Positions 15,101-46,897 of a DNA stretch of 64,000 nucleotides are shown here, in pieces. A program made the position numbers and the translations under genes. This DNA comes from Bugula neritina (taxonomy: Eukaryota > Animalia > Bryozoa). Below the pieces are notes generated by a model that did not search any database, was not told the origin of the DNA, and was given only the letters and a program-made list of their open reading frames with translations. The stretch spans positions 33,541,504 to 33,605,503 of the forward strand of contig OZ037765.1 in the NCBI GenBank assembly GCA_964035545.1, read 5' to 3'. The number at the start of each line of letters is the position of its first letter. Position 1 is the stretch's first letter.

Positions 15101-18100
15101 AGACAGTGGATATATAAATAGTTTCAAACATGGAGGAAATAGCTTCTTGGTGATATATTTCAAGTAAAGTTACTTGAATTATGTCATTGTTCATCGTTAC
15201 GTCTCTTTAAGTTGTAAAGATGTTAAGTTGCAGTCGCATTGATTGATAATCTAGTTGCAAAAAGTTGCAGCTTTTCCATGCTATGCAAATTCAAATTTTA
15301 TTTGAAATTGTGACTCCAAGTGAAGTTACGGTTAAACAAACAAGTGAGTCACGTGACAGTTTTATCAATTGGAATTTTAATTCACTCCATGACTCACTAA
15401 ACTACTGCAGCAGACGCTCCTATAACTTTGTCTGTATCCTTGTTAGATTCCAATGTGGATCCTTCCCTGCAAAGTGCGCAGAGACAGCTGAAAAAAGCCA
15501 AACTCACAGATGAGCTGAATGAGAAGCTGGCCCACAGGCCCGGTCCTCTCGAACTAGTAGAGCAACATATTTTGGAGGCGGATGACCCGATAAAAGCAGC
15601 TATAAGAGGTGCTGTGCTATCTGATCTCGTTTGTTTGCTTTTTTGACAATGTTGGCACTTAGTAAATACCAGTTAGTGTTGGTGTAGCATGGGATGAGTG
15701 GGGTAAGTCTAGTGGGCAATTTACTGCTCTAGATAATGTCAGCTTGCCTATAAAACCTGTTGGATTGCCCTTAACTTGTTGGATGTTGAGTAAACACTGC
15801 TCAACCTGTAAATATCAATACCACTTGTAGGACACAAATATCATCCTCTACATTAGTGCTGCAATAAACAGTAGTGATTAGTGTGTGGTAATTGTGTTGT
15901 TAGTCTGTATATTGCAGCCTTGTCTAGCAGCAATACTTATTGTCAAATTATAGAAGGGAAGCTCGACTTCCACAAAATAGAAGAGGGTGTCGAGCCTACG
16001 ACCATCCCTAAGTTGCCGTATGAGATAGAAAGTCCCAAATCTGGTCACTCGTCTCCAGAACCTGACTGTGACAATGACTCAAATAGCAGTGGTGCGGGCA
16101 GCACCGCGTCAACTGGGTTCGGCACAACTGCTGTGCCCACCCCACCTGATATCACTCCGTTACTTACAACTCCCTTGCACACCAGCATTACCATCGGTGG
16201 CAGAACCATTAAGATTCCAGTCACCACTCAATCCTTTACCAGCAGACCCTTCGCCGGCGCAATACCCCTGTCTGTCTCAGCGCCGTCACATCACCAGTTC
16301 ACGTCCATTCCACAAACTCACAAGCAACACCCGAGTAACTTTGGTGCCAACAGAAACAGCCGCCGCTCCAAGCAGTCTCGGCCCAAGAACCAGATGAAGC
16401 AACGAGTCATCAAGTTCCACGAGTACAAGGGGCCCACCACCTCTAAGTCCTCCCACACCAGTTCCGGTATCAACAGCTCCTTCGTCACCACCACCAGACC
16501 CGTGCAGAAACTGGACAATCTCACGCCCTACCAGGTGAGGGTCCAGCAGCAGCAGCTGTACCTGCAGTGTCAGCTGGAGGTCAAGTCCAAGGGGTCTCTG
16601 CCCCCCACGCTGCTCCTTCCACTTCAGGTGCCAACATCAACTGCCGCATCAATAATACAGCAGCAGTCTGTGTCAAAGGTCACACCGGAGTTTAGTCAGC
16701 CTCCCACGCCCGTAGAGCAGTTCAAGGCGGACAGGTTTGATTCCCCGGCTACTCCCAGACACCACACGGAGCCACCGAGAAGCCGGCCGCCGACACCTAG
16801 CCTGTCTACCAAGTCTCCCTCTCTGTCTCACATCAGCCGACCACATGCTCCTCTACACGTCACTCGCTCGCTCTCCCACCTTGAAGATATGAAAGTGTCC
16901 GACTTGAAGCTGGAGCTCCGCCAACGGAACCTCACTGTGTCGGGGCCGAAACCACAATTGATAGAGAGGCTGAGAATGCATCAAATGCAGGAACTGTCCT
17001 GTAAGTTCTTTTAGTATGTTTCCTGTTTTTGCTCTTCTAGTACTACTCTATTTATTCGCATCTGTATTTGTTATCCGGAAGTTCAGCTGGTCATAGTAAT
17101 TAACCTATTCTTAGAAACAGTAATATTGTGTAAGTTTAGTCATTGTATTTCATAATATGTGAGGCAACTTCTTCTATCTATTTTTTGGTATGTTACACCT
17201 TACTGCCTCTTTGTACACCTCTGCTTGCTTCTCCCGCAGCTAACGTCCGATCAGTAAGCACCTCCCACTCTGACTTGGGCTCCATCTCCAGCGTACAGAG
17301 TCTGTCAGAAGACATACTGATGGCCCCTCCCAGTGTGGCTAGTACGTCTGGTATGAGATCCCCGCCCTCCACGCCCTTCTCTCCTCATGACGAGGTGATG
17401 CGCTCCCCACCCTCTGTGCAGCCCAAGAACACCGGGGCTATGGACATTGATGAGAGCAGGTAATGTTTTGTTCCTGGCTGACGCAGGTAACAATCCTCTC
17501 TACTTAGCAATGCTTCCATTGCTTCATCACTGAGTATAACTGAGTGTATCGTAACAGGAAATACTGGGTTTCTAGCCCAGTGGTCTTCTAGTAATTGTTA
17601 ATTACTTGTAATGCAGGTGTTGTATTACGATGATTGTAGGAAATGTTTTATTCATACTTGCCATTGACGTGTTGCAGCTGTAGTTTGTACTCTTGATGGT
17701 CATTTTGATTCTAAAGATGTAGGCTCAGTTCCAAAGACTTATGCGTGTGTTTTGCAGCAACCCCCCAACAAAAAGTACTGCTGAGATAGTGAGAGAACAG
17801 GCTAAGACGATAGAAGAGCTACAGGTACGTGTGTACTCTCAGAGTGTATTCTGTATAATAGTTGTGTTGATGAATCTTCAGAATGTAGAGTAGTGGAAGT
17901 TTGACCATTCATGCATATCTCTCATTCTTATATAAATACCGACAGTAATCTGGCAACTTTGCATTTAATCACTTTAACAATCTTAACAGTTCTGTAACAG
18001 TTCAATTTAAATCAGCGCTGTTCACTTCAGTTATGGGACATGCATTGGCTTGTTTTACTTTAACTTTTGCTGATTACATATTGTCAGTCATGGTTGTCAG

Positions 18101-20394
18101 TTACAAATAAGTGTCAGCGACTCATAGGTGTCAGTTACTCATAGGTGTCAGTTACTCATAGGTGTCAGTTACTCATAGGTGTCAGTTACTCATAGGTGTC
18201 AGTTACTCATAGGTGTCAGTTACTCATAGGTGTCAGTCTGTTGCAGAGAACTCTCCTCCAGTGCAGGCAGCAGCTCAGCATGACTCAGCTGCCGTTTGTC
18301 GTGCCTCAGAGCCCTGCCCCTTCGACAGCAGAGTCAGCCGCTGAGCTCCAGTCTCCCCGGTCAGTTCAGCAACCTGTTCAACAGCTGACAGCGCAGCAAC
18401 CCGTTCAACAGCTGACAGCGCAGCAACCCGTTCAACAGCTGACAGCGCAGCAAGTGCAAGCTCTGTTCCAGCAGCAGCAGTCTGTTCAGCTGCCTCGACA
18501 GCAGTTGACTCAGGTATTCAGTCAGCAGGATTCACCTGTGGATATCACAGACAAGCAGGTGTACCTCGCCACTCCAGATGGCAAGATGACAGCGTATAAA
18601 GTCATCCTACATACGGGCAAGGGGTCTCTACCCCAGTCTAAACCTGAGCAGTCCACCTCTGGGCAGTAAGTACTGTATATACACTGTGTGTACATGTGTG
18701 TATGATTTCTACTGCAGTCATACAGAGCACTGTAGCATTGTGTAGTACATATTGTATAGTATATATTGTATAGTATATATTGTATAGTATATATTGTATA
18801 GTATATATTGTATAGTATATATTGTATAGTATATATTGTATAGTATATAGTATATATTGTATAGTATATATTGTATAGTATATACTGTACAGTATATGTT
18901 GTATAGTATATACTGTATAGTATATATTGTATACTGTATAGTATATACTGTTACATTACGTACTGTTACATTACATACTGTTACATTACATACTCTTACA
19001 TTACGTACTGTTACATTACGTACTCTTACATTACATACTCTTACATTACATACTGTTACATTACGTACTGTTACATTACGTACTGTTACGTTACATACTG
19101 TTACATTACGTACTGTTACTCATAGAGCTAACTATTTATTTCGTAGACTCTCTGCACCAATATCCCAGCAGACGTCTACTGTAGATGATGTATTTGAGGA
19201 AGGCAACAGTTTCCTAGCTGAAAGTGTACCAAACTCTAAGCCGGTAATCATTGCTTTCACTTGTGTATACCGGCAGCGTTGTGAGAGTGAACTAAAGGCA
19301 GCATACTTGAACATGAATCAGTGATGTAATGTTGAGAGATGTTATAATTACACAGGGCATGTTAAGTATGCTGTGTAGCATATTGCAGGATTACTAATCA
19401 TAATAATACAGGCACCTGCAAGCACATAATAAACTATTTTAATATTTCTACAGATACCTGCACAAGTCAAAGAAGATGACACTGGTGCTCGTAGAGGCAT
19501 TAATGTGGACGATGTCCTCGAAGTATTGATACGAACTGGAGGTATGTAGTAGCATTGTAGACACATTTCCTGTGTGCAAGTTGTCTAGGACATTATACAG
19601 GAGCTTCCTTGTCTGTCACTCACACCCCCCCCCCCCCCCCTGTTCGAGTGATTTCCAAATCTCTTGGTGTACAAATGCTTAGTAAAAAGTATATACCATA
19701 CATAGACCTCCAGAAACTGAAATACAATTGTCCTAAAGTTATCTGAAAGATGCATGGCACATCTACTTGAAGATGTTTCAACATATGTGTAGAATTATGA
19801 CTCTTATTTGGAGCTGCAGTAGCTGAAAAGACAACTCCACTTGATGTTATTCCTATTTCATCTCAAGCCTGTTGTGTTTTTGTAGAAATAGACGAGAAAA
19901 TGATTGAAAATGGTGGTAATAATACTAATATGCACAACGGCATCACATCAAATGGTTCCCAGACAAATGACATTGAAGCAAGTAGTTCCGGTGTTGGAAA
20001 TTCCAATCTTGAGATATCTACTAATGGTAATAGTACGACTCATCCCACCCTTGATCTCCATGACTCTTTGTCACCATTTCTGGACATGGAGTGGGCAGAC
20101 AGTGATCAAACTGACAGCTACCTGGACTTACATGATAGACCACAAACCTCTTTAGATAGTAATGACAATGAGTTTAGGTATGATAATAATTTGGATTGGT
20201 TGTCTGACGTAATATCTATGGATTCGATGACTCCTAACGACAAGAATGTTCAGCCATCTTATAATTATACCCTGGAAGACATGTCTTCGCTCTCTGATCC
20301 CATTCTCACGCCCAAACCCAATGATATGCTCAACATATTTGAAATTGATGATTGTGATTACAGAACAACATCTAGTTCAGGCATCAATTGGTAA
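12127..20394 (+). CDS. MRTF: Myocardin-related transcription factor (MRTF/MKL family), 12 exons, about 1051 aa
   Basis: Phase-consistent exons 12127-12481, 12977-13042, 13383-13432, 14676-14751, 15447-15608, 15954-17000, 17240-17459, 17758-17824, 18247-18665, 19147-19243, 19454-19541 and 19886-20394 total 3156 nt. They encode three RPEL motifs (RRSLPELVSAGIYP; RPDRGFLVQQHILE; RPGPLELVEQHILE), a basic box (IKFHEYKGP), a Q-rich tract and a SAP domain (LEDMKVSDLKLELRQRNLTVSGPKPQLIERL). A leucine zipper, a VDDVLEVLIRTGEI motif and an acidic C-terminus follow. AATAAA lies near 20482. Confidence 0.93.
13035..13300. repeat. Intronic minisatellite (about 32-41 bp unit) starting at the RPEL1 exon donor
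   Basis: About 7 copies of ataccc(t/c)agtaagtgtcatacagta(t/c)atgtg. Confidence 0.9.
18110..18237. repeat. 17-bp tandem repeat (gtgtcagttactcatag)
   Basis: About 7 near-perfect copies directly upstream of the MRTF exon 9 acceptor. Confidence 0.9.
18745..19118. repeat. Two adjacent short tandem arrays (14-bp tatattgtatagta; 15-bp tactgttacattaca/g)
   Basis: Directly visible tandem copies in an MRTF intron. Confidence 0.9.
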
Positions 20395-21204
20395 ATTTTG
20401 TTAGTCAAAATCACTTTTAAGCTCAATAACTACTAGAAAATTTATTTTTGTACATTCTTGGATGCCGATTTTTCCATTCTAAATAAATAAAGTGTTTAGA
20501 TCTCCTTGCTTGGATGGTATTTCAATTGGACTTATAGATTATGGTAGCAAGTTAAAATCAATTATGGCCTTTGATTACCAGGATAAACATGAACTAATGC
20601 AGGCGCTGTGGTGCCTGTTGCATAATGTCGTTTATTTTTTGGTGCTATGACAACAAAACTACCAGACATTAAGCTGGTTTATGTAAGGAAGGACTTATGA
20701 AGCAACACAGCTTTACATATTACTCTTATTTTCCCCTCTATTTTTTCAATAGTCATGTAATATATGATGTATATTTCTTTGCTTAGAGTTATGTTCTCTT
20801 GTGTGTGGTAACTGTATGGGTAACTAAATACCTGATCAGTTTGACCAACAGTAGCGACATTCCAATTGTGAATAGTTAATTCTAAACTTACTGATATTTA
20901 TCTGCTTAAAATCACCTTCATTTTGAGTTCCTTTTGTATTTTTTTATAAAATAATAATTACTTTCGGCCATTTAGATTGCATAGCATCAGGTCTATTTTA
21001 TTTGAAAATCTATAATACAAGGAAAAATTATATAAAAACATTTTAAGAAAAAAGTTATTATCAAATAAATGTATTCAAAATTCTAAACTTTTTAATCAAT
21101 TATTATTGACGTACTCCCAATTTCCAACGCACAGCATTCTGTTCAAAATTAGTTTGGTCACAATGGTAGTACAAAATGTATGAATACACTATTTAAATTA
21201 GGAG

Positions 21205-21858
21205 TCATTTGCTGCTGAAGATATCATAACTCCAAACTTTATCTATACCTTCTCCCTTTTCCATTAATGGCTTCCAATTGGGCAAAGGGAATCGACATGC
21301 AATTATTAAACCGTCATTTTTTAGTTCCGTTTTAAATTTTTGTTCCAATTCAACCATTAAACTTTCAACACCAAAAACCACTATATTATCATAATGTTTT
21401 AGATCAGTCTTAAAGATGTCTCTTTTATAGAAGTTCATTGACTGTCTTGGTATGGCGTTTCGCAGTCTCCACTTGGTAAACTTTGAATACCAAACAAGCC
21501 ATGAGTTTAGCTCCACCCCATCTGCAGTAGATATATTCAAACTACTGTCTTTTGAAACATTTTGTTTCATAATTGAAAACAATATCCGGCCATCACCACT
21601 TCCCAGATCTACGATACTTCCTGAACGCCCTTTCAAGCAACTTATCACATTAGTGATCTGCTGCTCAGTAGCTGGAACAAATGGTAAACATATCTTGCGA
21701 AATCCAGGCAGTAAAAACGGAATTGTCAGTCCGTATATCAGAGCAGCTGCACCAGCTCCAACAGCCAGCACTGTTTTTCCTGCAGACGTCAGTTTCGGTG
21801 GCTGTGATTGCAGACCTTGTCGATGAATTTCTTCACATTCTTTGCATTCCTCCTTCAT
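21205..21858 (-). CDS. FAM173-family mitochondrial lysine methyltransferase (ATPSCKMT/ANTKMT-like), single coding exon
   Basis: N-terminal TM segment, then PGFRKICLPFVPATEQQITNV, SAM motif IVDLGSGDGRI, GVELNSWLVWYS, NIVVFGV, IIACRFPLPNW and GEGIDKVWSY. First ATG at 21858. Confidence 0.88.
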   Translation of the reverse strand: MKEECKECEEIHRQGLQSQPPKLTSAGKTVLAVGAGAAALIYGLTIPFLLPGFRKICLPFVPATEQQITNVISCLKGRSGSIVDLGSGDGRILFSIMKQNVSKDSSLNISTADGVELNSWLVWYSKFTKWRLRNAIPRQSMNFYKRDIFKTDLKHYDNIVVFGVESLMVELEQKFKTELKNDGLIIACRFPLPNWKPLMEKGEGIDKVWSYDIFSSK

Positions 21859-23637
21859 CACGTATGACCAAACTATAACATAATGTTTTCTACAATTAAC
21901 ACAGATGGGCAATCCAACTCACTGGGTATTAAATTACACGCATTTTTAGTTGAAATTATGATGTTAACTGGGGTTAAAAATTAAGCACAACGACGATGAT
22001 TTACTCACTGAAGTCTTTTACCTGTAGAAATTTAAATCATGAAAACATAGGTATATCTCGGTTTGCACTGAATAAAGTTATAACAACTTTATTGATGAAT
22101 TAGTTCTAAGTCACTAACTTAATAAGAGCCCCAAAGTATAGATAGTGATACTCTATCCTAAAAACAACCAATTCAATAAGTATCAGTATGTAATAATACC
22201 AAACTAGTGATCTAGACAATGACTATGTCAATATTCAAAATGAATACTGGCATAATGATAATCATAATAAGAATAATGAAAACTAAAATTTAGTATATCT
22301 AGAATTAATTTATGATTCGATGTCGTATAATTAAGAATCACACTTACAGTTACAGCATGAACTAAACTCTCATTTTGATTGCAATTTTCATTTTGGCAGC
22401 AATACTAATAGTAATAGGCATACTTGTGGTAATACTTATACTCATAGTAATGATAAATACTAATAGTAATTATCCCAATAATTATACTTATAGTTATAAT
22501 AATTATTATAATAGCAATCACTATCAGTAAGACTAAGAGTAATGCTCACAGCGATGCCAACTGCAAGTAGGCTACACTAAGTCTAATGAGGATTGAGTCT
22601 GATATTCATCTCATACACATAGTGATACTGATAGTCATACTCATACTAATACTCGTACTGATATTCATATCAATAACTATATGTTATAACTATAAGTATA
22701 GGCTAAAAGTGATAAGGTGTAAATATTACTATTACCATTACATTAGACTTAGTATAACATCAACTATTACCTGTAAGTGTAAGTCTAACACTAACAGTAT
22801 AACTAGAACTCAAACTCTCACTATGGCTATAACAATAACTATAAGTATAACATTAACTATAAGTCAGAATTAGAATAACTATAAGTTAATGTATAAGTAT
22901 AACATTAACTTAATCATTAACGTTTACTTTAAGTTTAAGTTTAACTTAAACTATAACTTAGAAGTTCAAGTTAGAGTATCTAACTATTTTTATTCTAATT
23001 TTGGCAACAGCCGGCACCAGTTTTACTTTCTGTGTGACAATAGGTAAGTTTGATGTAAATTTCAACATGAATATGGACATCAAATTAAATATAATAACTA
23101 TAACTTAAGACGTACGTAGCACTAACTGCTTTACTACCATAATTTAAATTATAATACTTTTAATTTTTAAAGCACGCTAATGCAAAGGGGTTGCTAGAAA
23201 CAGCACCGTCAAGGTGGTCACCAGTTGAAAATTTGACCGTGGGATTCAGACTGCACTCAGCCACCCCCAAATTGATGCGGCTTCTAGCGGTTTTTTTATG
23301 CACTTTGCTGTGAGTAAAGAACCTAACCACCTCCTCCTTTTATTTGTTAACCACTCACCCAATAGCTGCTTAGTATTTTGTTTGTAAACTAAAGCACATG
23401 GATCTCCGCATGTTGAAAAGCGATATCTGAACAGCTGGTTCGTAACCATCTGCTTGGTCAACCCGAACATTTATAAGTCATTTGACACCAGACGACTGAT
23501 ACTTAGTTTCTATTTTACTTAGCTGACTTAACTTTATTGGATAATTAAAGTATTCTTTTGTGTGCAAGTAGCATTAAATTCTGACTCTGGTAGCAATGAG
23601 CACATGTTGATCATGTGTTGTAGTTTATCAAGTGGGC

Positions 23638-24021
<384 letters not shown>

Positions 24022-25800
24022 TGTAAGTGTGTCGCAATGCTAAAACTCAACTCTTTGCAAGTGTACTAGAGAGAGAACAGAAGTAAGTAAAGAGTATATT
24101 TAAACAATAATTATACAAGTAAGATAATTACAGGAAAACCAACTAACATTGATAGAGATTGTACATTGGTTATCGTAATAGCATTATATCCAGTAGCCCA
24201 GTGTGCTTGGGAGCTGGAAGGTCCTCCTTATAAAGGCTGCTGGTAGAGAGTGCAGCATTTTACAGAGTAGCGGCCCAAAGGAATTCCATTATATAGTTTT
24301 ATTATAATACAATTGCCTTGACGCATTGCCGTGGTTCTAACCACGGCCCAGGGAAGGGAGTAGCACAACATGTTCCATGGCCATCACACATGCTAGTTTG
24401 AATGTTACTATAAAATATTAGAATAGGTACTCTTGTAGGTATTCTTGGTCTGCTACAGAATTGTCCATAGCATAATCAGCAAAGCAAGTGAGGAGAGGGT
24501 ACCATGTAGTATAATTCTTAGACCTTGTGTGGCTGTCAACACAGCTGTGATTCAGTAATTAAAGTGCTAATCTAGCATGATGCTATAGCTGTTTAAACTA
24601 AATAATCATATCTTATAAAAGTCATCAGCGATGCCAGAAAGTGCATCATATCTCCTCTTCTGTCATATTAAACAGACTCCAAGTTATGATGCCAGCTAGC
24701 TTTAAGTTAATTTTAACCTGCATATAGAGCTCATAACACAGAGTTCTCACATTGATTGTGGCTGTAGGGGGACATGCATTGTTTCATATTAGTAGAACAC
24801 GGCCTCATGTTTTACTTCATTCACTCCTTTAAATGAAAACAATTGATTTTTCTAAAAACCTTTAGTAAGTAATGGAAACTAGTTGATTAGTAATTTTGTG
24901 GCTTCATAATATATATTTAGCTGAATTGTTATGCAGTAAAACATTTGGTCAAAGTTTCTAAATATAGCTTCTACATAATAGATATAAAAATGTTTTACAC
25001 AAATCAAGATGGAGATTAGTAAATATGAGCATCAAACTAGCTGCTAATATAGTCATGTGTATCTATCTATAAAACCATGCAAGTAATTCAAAGTAGAGAA
25101 GTATCATAAACCACAAACCAACAAGTCACAATTCTAATGCAGAAAAAAGAAATCATGGAACTGAGGTTACAATATAATAGAACTAAAAATTCTAGTAAAG
25201 TATTAATAGAAATAATATGATAGGCTCCAGGAGCAGATGCAACAGCTTCAGTTTAAGCACTTAGTAACACGTCTTCTATTATTACAACGTTATAAAATGC
25301 TGATAAAAATAAGTTTTACGCACCAAAGACATAGAAAAATTGGAAGATTAGTTTTTAAGTTAAAATGCAGATTTCATGTAGTTAAATATTGCGTAGTCAG
25401 AATTGTATAGATATTAGCATATATCAATACCTAAACTACTAGTTAATGCAGCCGCAGCATTATTAGCTAAATTTTATAAATAACTTGGTATAATAAGACA
25501 AAATTAAAGTACTAGTGTCAACAAAATCTGCTTAACTTCTAATATGTTATAGTAAATACAACCCATAATGTATACAGAAGCAAAGTTGACAGTCAAAGTT
25601 ATTAGAATGAAGCTGTAAAACTAAAAGCAAGTTATTGCTAGTTTGGCTAAAGTTTATATCAGCATGGAAGTGACTATGTGACATGTACACACAGTGCTCT
25701 CAGTTTGTGATGTGCCATATATGATGTCATGTCATGTGACTGTGACAGCAGGAAACTGGTATGACACACTGTCCAATGGGCTCAGTTCACTGAGAATACA

Positions 25801-43560
<17,760 letters not shown>

Positions 43561-46123
43561 GTAAAAATGCAGGGCATAATTTCACAGTATCTGGTTCTCA
43601 TACATAACACTTATGTGCCAATATGAAATACATTACATCAAAAATAAATGTTGTCTGTAGGCATAAATTTTGCAGTAGCCAATCATAGTACTATAACAGG
43701 GCAGTCTGAGTGTAGTATCTCGTCTATAGGCATAATAATAATAGCCCATAGCTGAAAATGGAGTTGGAAGCTTTTCAAATACCTCCCACATATAATCGCG
43801 TTTATCCTAGTCCCTAAAACTAAATAAACATTATGGTAGACCAATATTCATGAAAGCTCCATTAATTTGTAACTGGAGGATTTGTAGCACCGCATTACTA
43901 AATATCTGGCATTGGAGGTACTTAGGCTGTGTTGTCATAGTGATATGTACTTATTGGGGCTTTATATAAAGTCAAACTTGGCAAATTATAAGGATTAAAG
44001 TATTATTACTGTGGCTTCAACCGACGAACTTTGGAGTTATTATCTCGATTCTTTGTCAGGAATGTGTAGATAATTTCATGCAATAATGAGTTTTTGCTTT
44101 ATATCATTATATTATATACATTGATGGCAGCGCCTAGCTAAAATTCTAATATCTTTTCAAGGTTATTGGGTGGCAGATTAGCGGCTAAATTTTATGCAGA
44201 TATTGAATAAATAATGTTGTTTGATAGTTATGCTATATTGTTATGTTCACAAGCATCTCTAAAAAGTTATAACTATTGCGTTGACCATAGGTCAAAAAAA
44301 TTACCAAAAGAAAGAGCAGGCAACTCCAAGAAATTGTTCTGGCAGAGGCAAGTTAATTTAGCTATCTTATGGAATACTCCAACTGATCAACATTTTCATC
44401 TATTAAAATTGAAGAAAAGTCAAATATTATTGTACTATTCTAATTATGATTGGGCACAGGCTATAAAGATATTTATTTTAAAAATTATAAAAAGTAAAGT
44501 AACACAATACAAAGTTTGCAAATGTAGACCTAAAAATGTGAATATTCCAGCTTGAAATTTTAGTCTGAAATTCAGACTTTTTTAGGTTGAATTGACTTTT
44601 ATTGACTCGCAAGAAATAAAATTCAATAAAATTATAAATACAAGCATGAAATGAAATATGTAATTCATCAGCCAAACTGGAAGAAATATCTGTTTTCTCT
44701 AGAAGTTGCTAGACTACATAATACATTTTTGGCAAATACTATTTTTTAATAAAATGAAACTGTTGTATTGTTTGGCTAGATAAAGTTTCAAAATTATTTT
44801 CAATATTTTTTCAAATAAAATAGACATGCAATCCATTTTCACATTTTTGGCAAAATTTGTGATTGGGATTCAGTAGTCAATCAGTTAAGCTTGACACAAG
44901 GAGTTGCCACCTCCATTCCAAAGAACAGGACATCTAAAATAACAAACATGGAAAGTACTTAAAATTTCATTTATAGGTTTACAACAATCCTTAAAATACA
45001 TGTTGCCTTCTACAAATGCTAAATAAAAACATGGTGTAATGCTATGTTTACTTAAACTAAATTTTGCTGATTTAGAATGAAGTTCATTCATTTCAATTTG
45101 AAAATTCCTGTTAATAACTTTACTCTATGCTAGCAACTAATTGTAATAACAAAATCACACTGCTACTTTTAGTTTAGGGAATTCATTTTCATTATTAGTT
45201 CAATATTCAGTAGAAGGTTCTCTACAAACAACAATGGACGAACAATGGGCATACATGCAGATGAAAGACTAGTGAATACTAATTTCTTGTCTAACAAAAA
45301 AATGAAAGACTGCATTAAAAATTAACTCTAAAAACTTGCAATTTGAATGAGCCTCAGGCCTTCAGGTGACCAAGAAAAACCAGAAGAGCTACTTTAATAG
45401 AGGAAATTACTGACTGAATTCGTGAATACCTTCACGATTGTCAGTAAGAAATTCAATTTATCTAGGACTGAAATTTCACCGAGTTGCATTGTAAAAGCCA
45501 CTGGTCAAAATGTTAAAATTGTGATAACTTAATCAGCTGATTTCAGAATAACCATCATTGGGAATGACAACTTCATGTACATGTAGATATCTATGCTTAT
45601 AATTATATCAACTGCCTTCATCGATCATCGATACTATGCTGCCAAATCAACTAACTAATTACATTTTGAAACTTCAAAGGGCATTGAATATCAATTAGGC
45701 AAGTTACACTTTTAACTTTATAAAGAGAACTTTTGCACCAATATGATTTAAAAATATAGGTGGGTACTCCGGCGAGTGATATTAACTGAAACTCAAACTT
45801 TTTTGATGCAGTGAAAGCAGAAACAAAACTCAACAGAAACTTAGAAATGCCCAGTACACTTTGTACTTTGGCAACATGTACACGATAATTTCTTTTATGG
45901 TACAAACCTTTTTGTTGATTGTGTTTCAACATTTTCATTAGAGCAAAGCCAAAAGAAATTTGGAAACTGCATAATGACGTCAGCAACCGTGGTATCATCT
46001 TCTCTGGAAAATTATTGACAAATCATCACCTAAGTACTTCAGCAAAGCCTCCATCAACAGTTTGTAACACTTCACAATACAGTAAGATACAGTGTAATAC
46101 AAGGAGCGTAAAGAGTATACAAA

Positions 46124-46805
46124 CCCCCTATTCACACTTACCGTACCGTACGCCGTAACAGCAAATTTTAGCGAGTTTTGTTAACATCCGGGCTAAATCG
46201 TACTCCGGTATACGTTGCGGCGTTGATCAAGCAGTGCTTGATTCAAAAAATCACGGCGGGCTCCTATTGGGTAGAGTTGATCTGGTACTAAAATTTAAAG
46301 AACATTTTCGCTAATTTATTTTAATCGCTTATTTTTGATTTAATTTAACCAATTCAAAAGTTTTAATAAATCAAAAAAACTTTATCCGGCTTGTTTGAAT
46401 TAAACTCAGCTTAAAAATTTAGCTTTCCTCAATCACAAAATCAAGCAAACCAAAAACTTAAAAATGATTTGGACGGCTTAAATATTCATTATTTAAATTA
46501 GTTTGCACAATTATTTTAAAAACGAATATATTTAAAAAAAGATTCTTTTCATGTAATTGCTTTTATTTAGTAAATAGCATTTATATAACATCTTTTGATA
46601 AGAATGTTGCGAATAATTTGTAAATAATATTCAATTGCGTTCAAATCACCGCAGACAAGAGTTGGCTTTATTATGATTGGTCACAGCTCAACGTCATGCA
46701 TTGTACTTTTACGGCAATGTGTGAACACCCGTTGACAAAATGCAACAGCGTCGCCATTTTATTTTTGCTGTTACGGCGTACGATACGGTAAGTGTGAATG
46801 AGGGG
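46124..46805. mobile_element. MITE, PIF/Harbinger(Tourist)-like, copy 1
   Basis: TIRs of about 42 bp: CCCCCTATTCACACTTACCGTACCGTACGCCGTAACAGCAAA / TTTGCTGTTACGGCGTACGATACGGTAAGTGTGAATGAGGGG. Right flank is TAA; interior is AT-rich and non-coding. Confidence 0.85.
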
Positions 46806-46897
46806 TAAGAGTAAGATACAGTGTAATATAAGGAGTGTAGAGAGTATACAGGGGGTAAGTTACAGTGTAATATAAGGAGTGTAGAGAGCATACAGAG

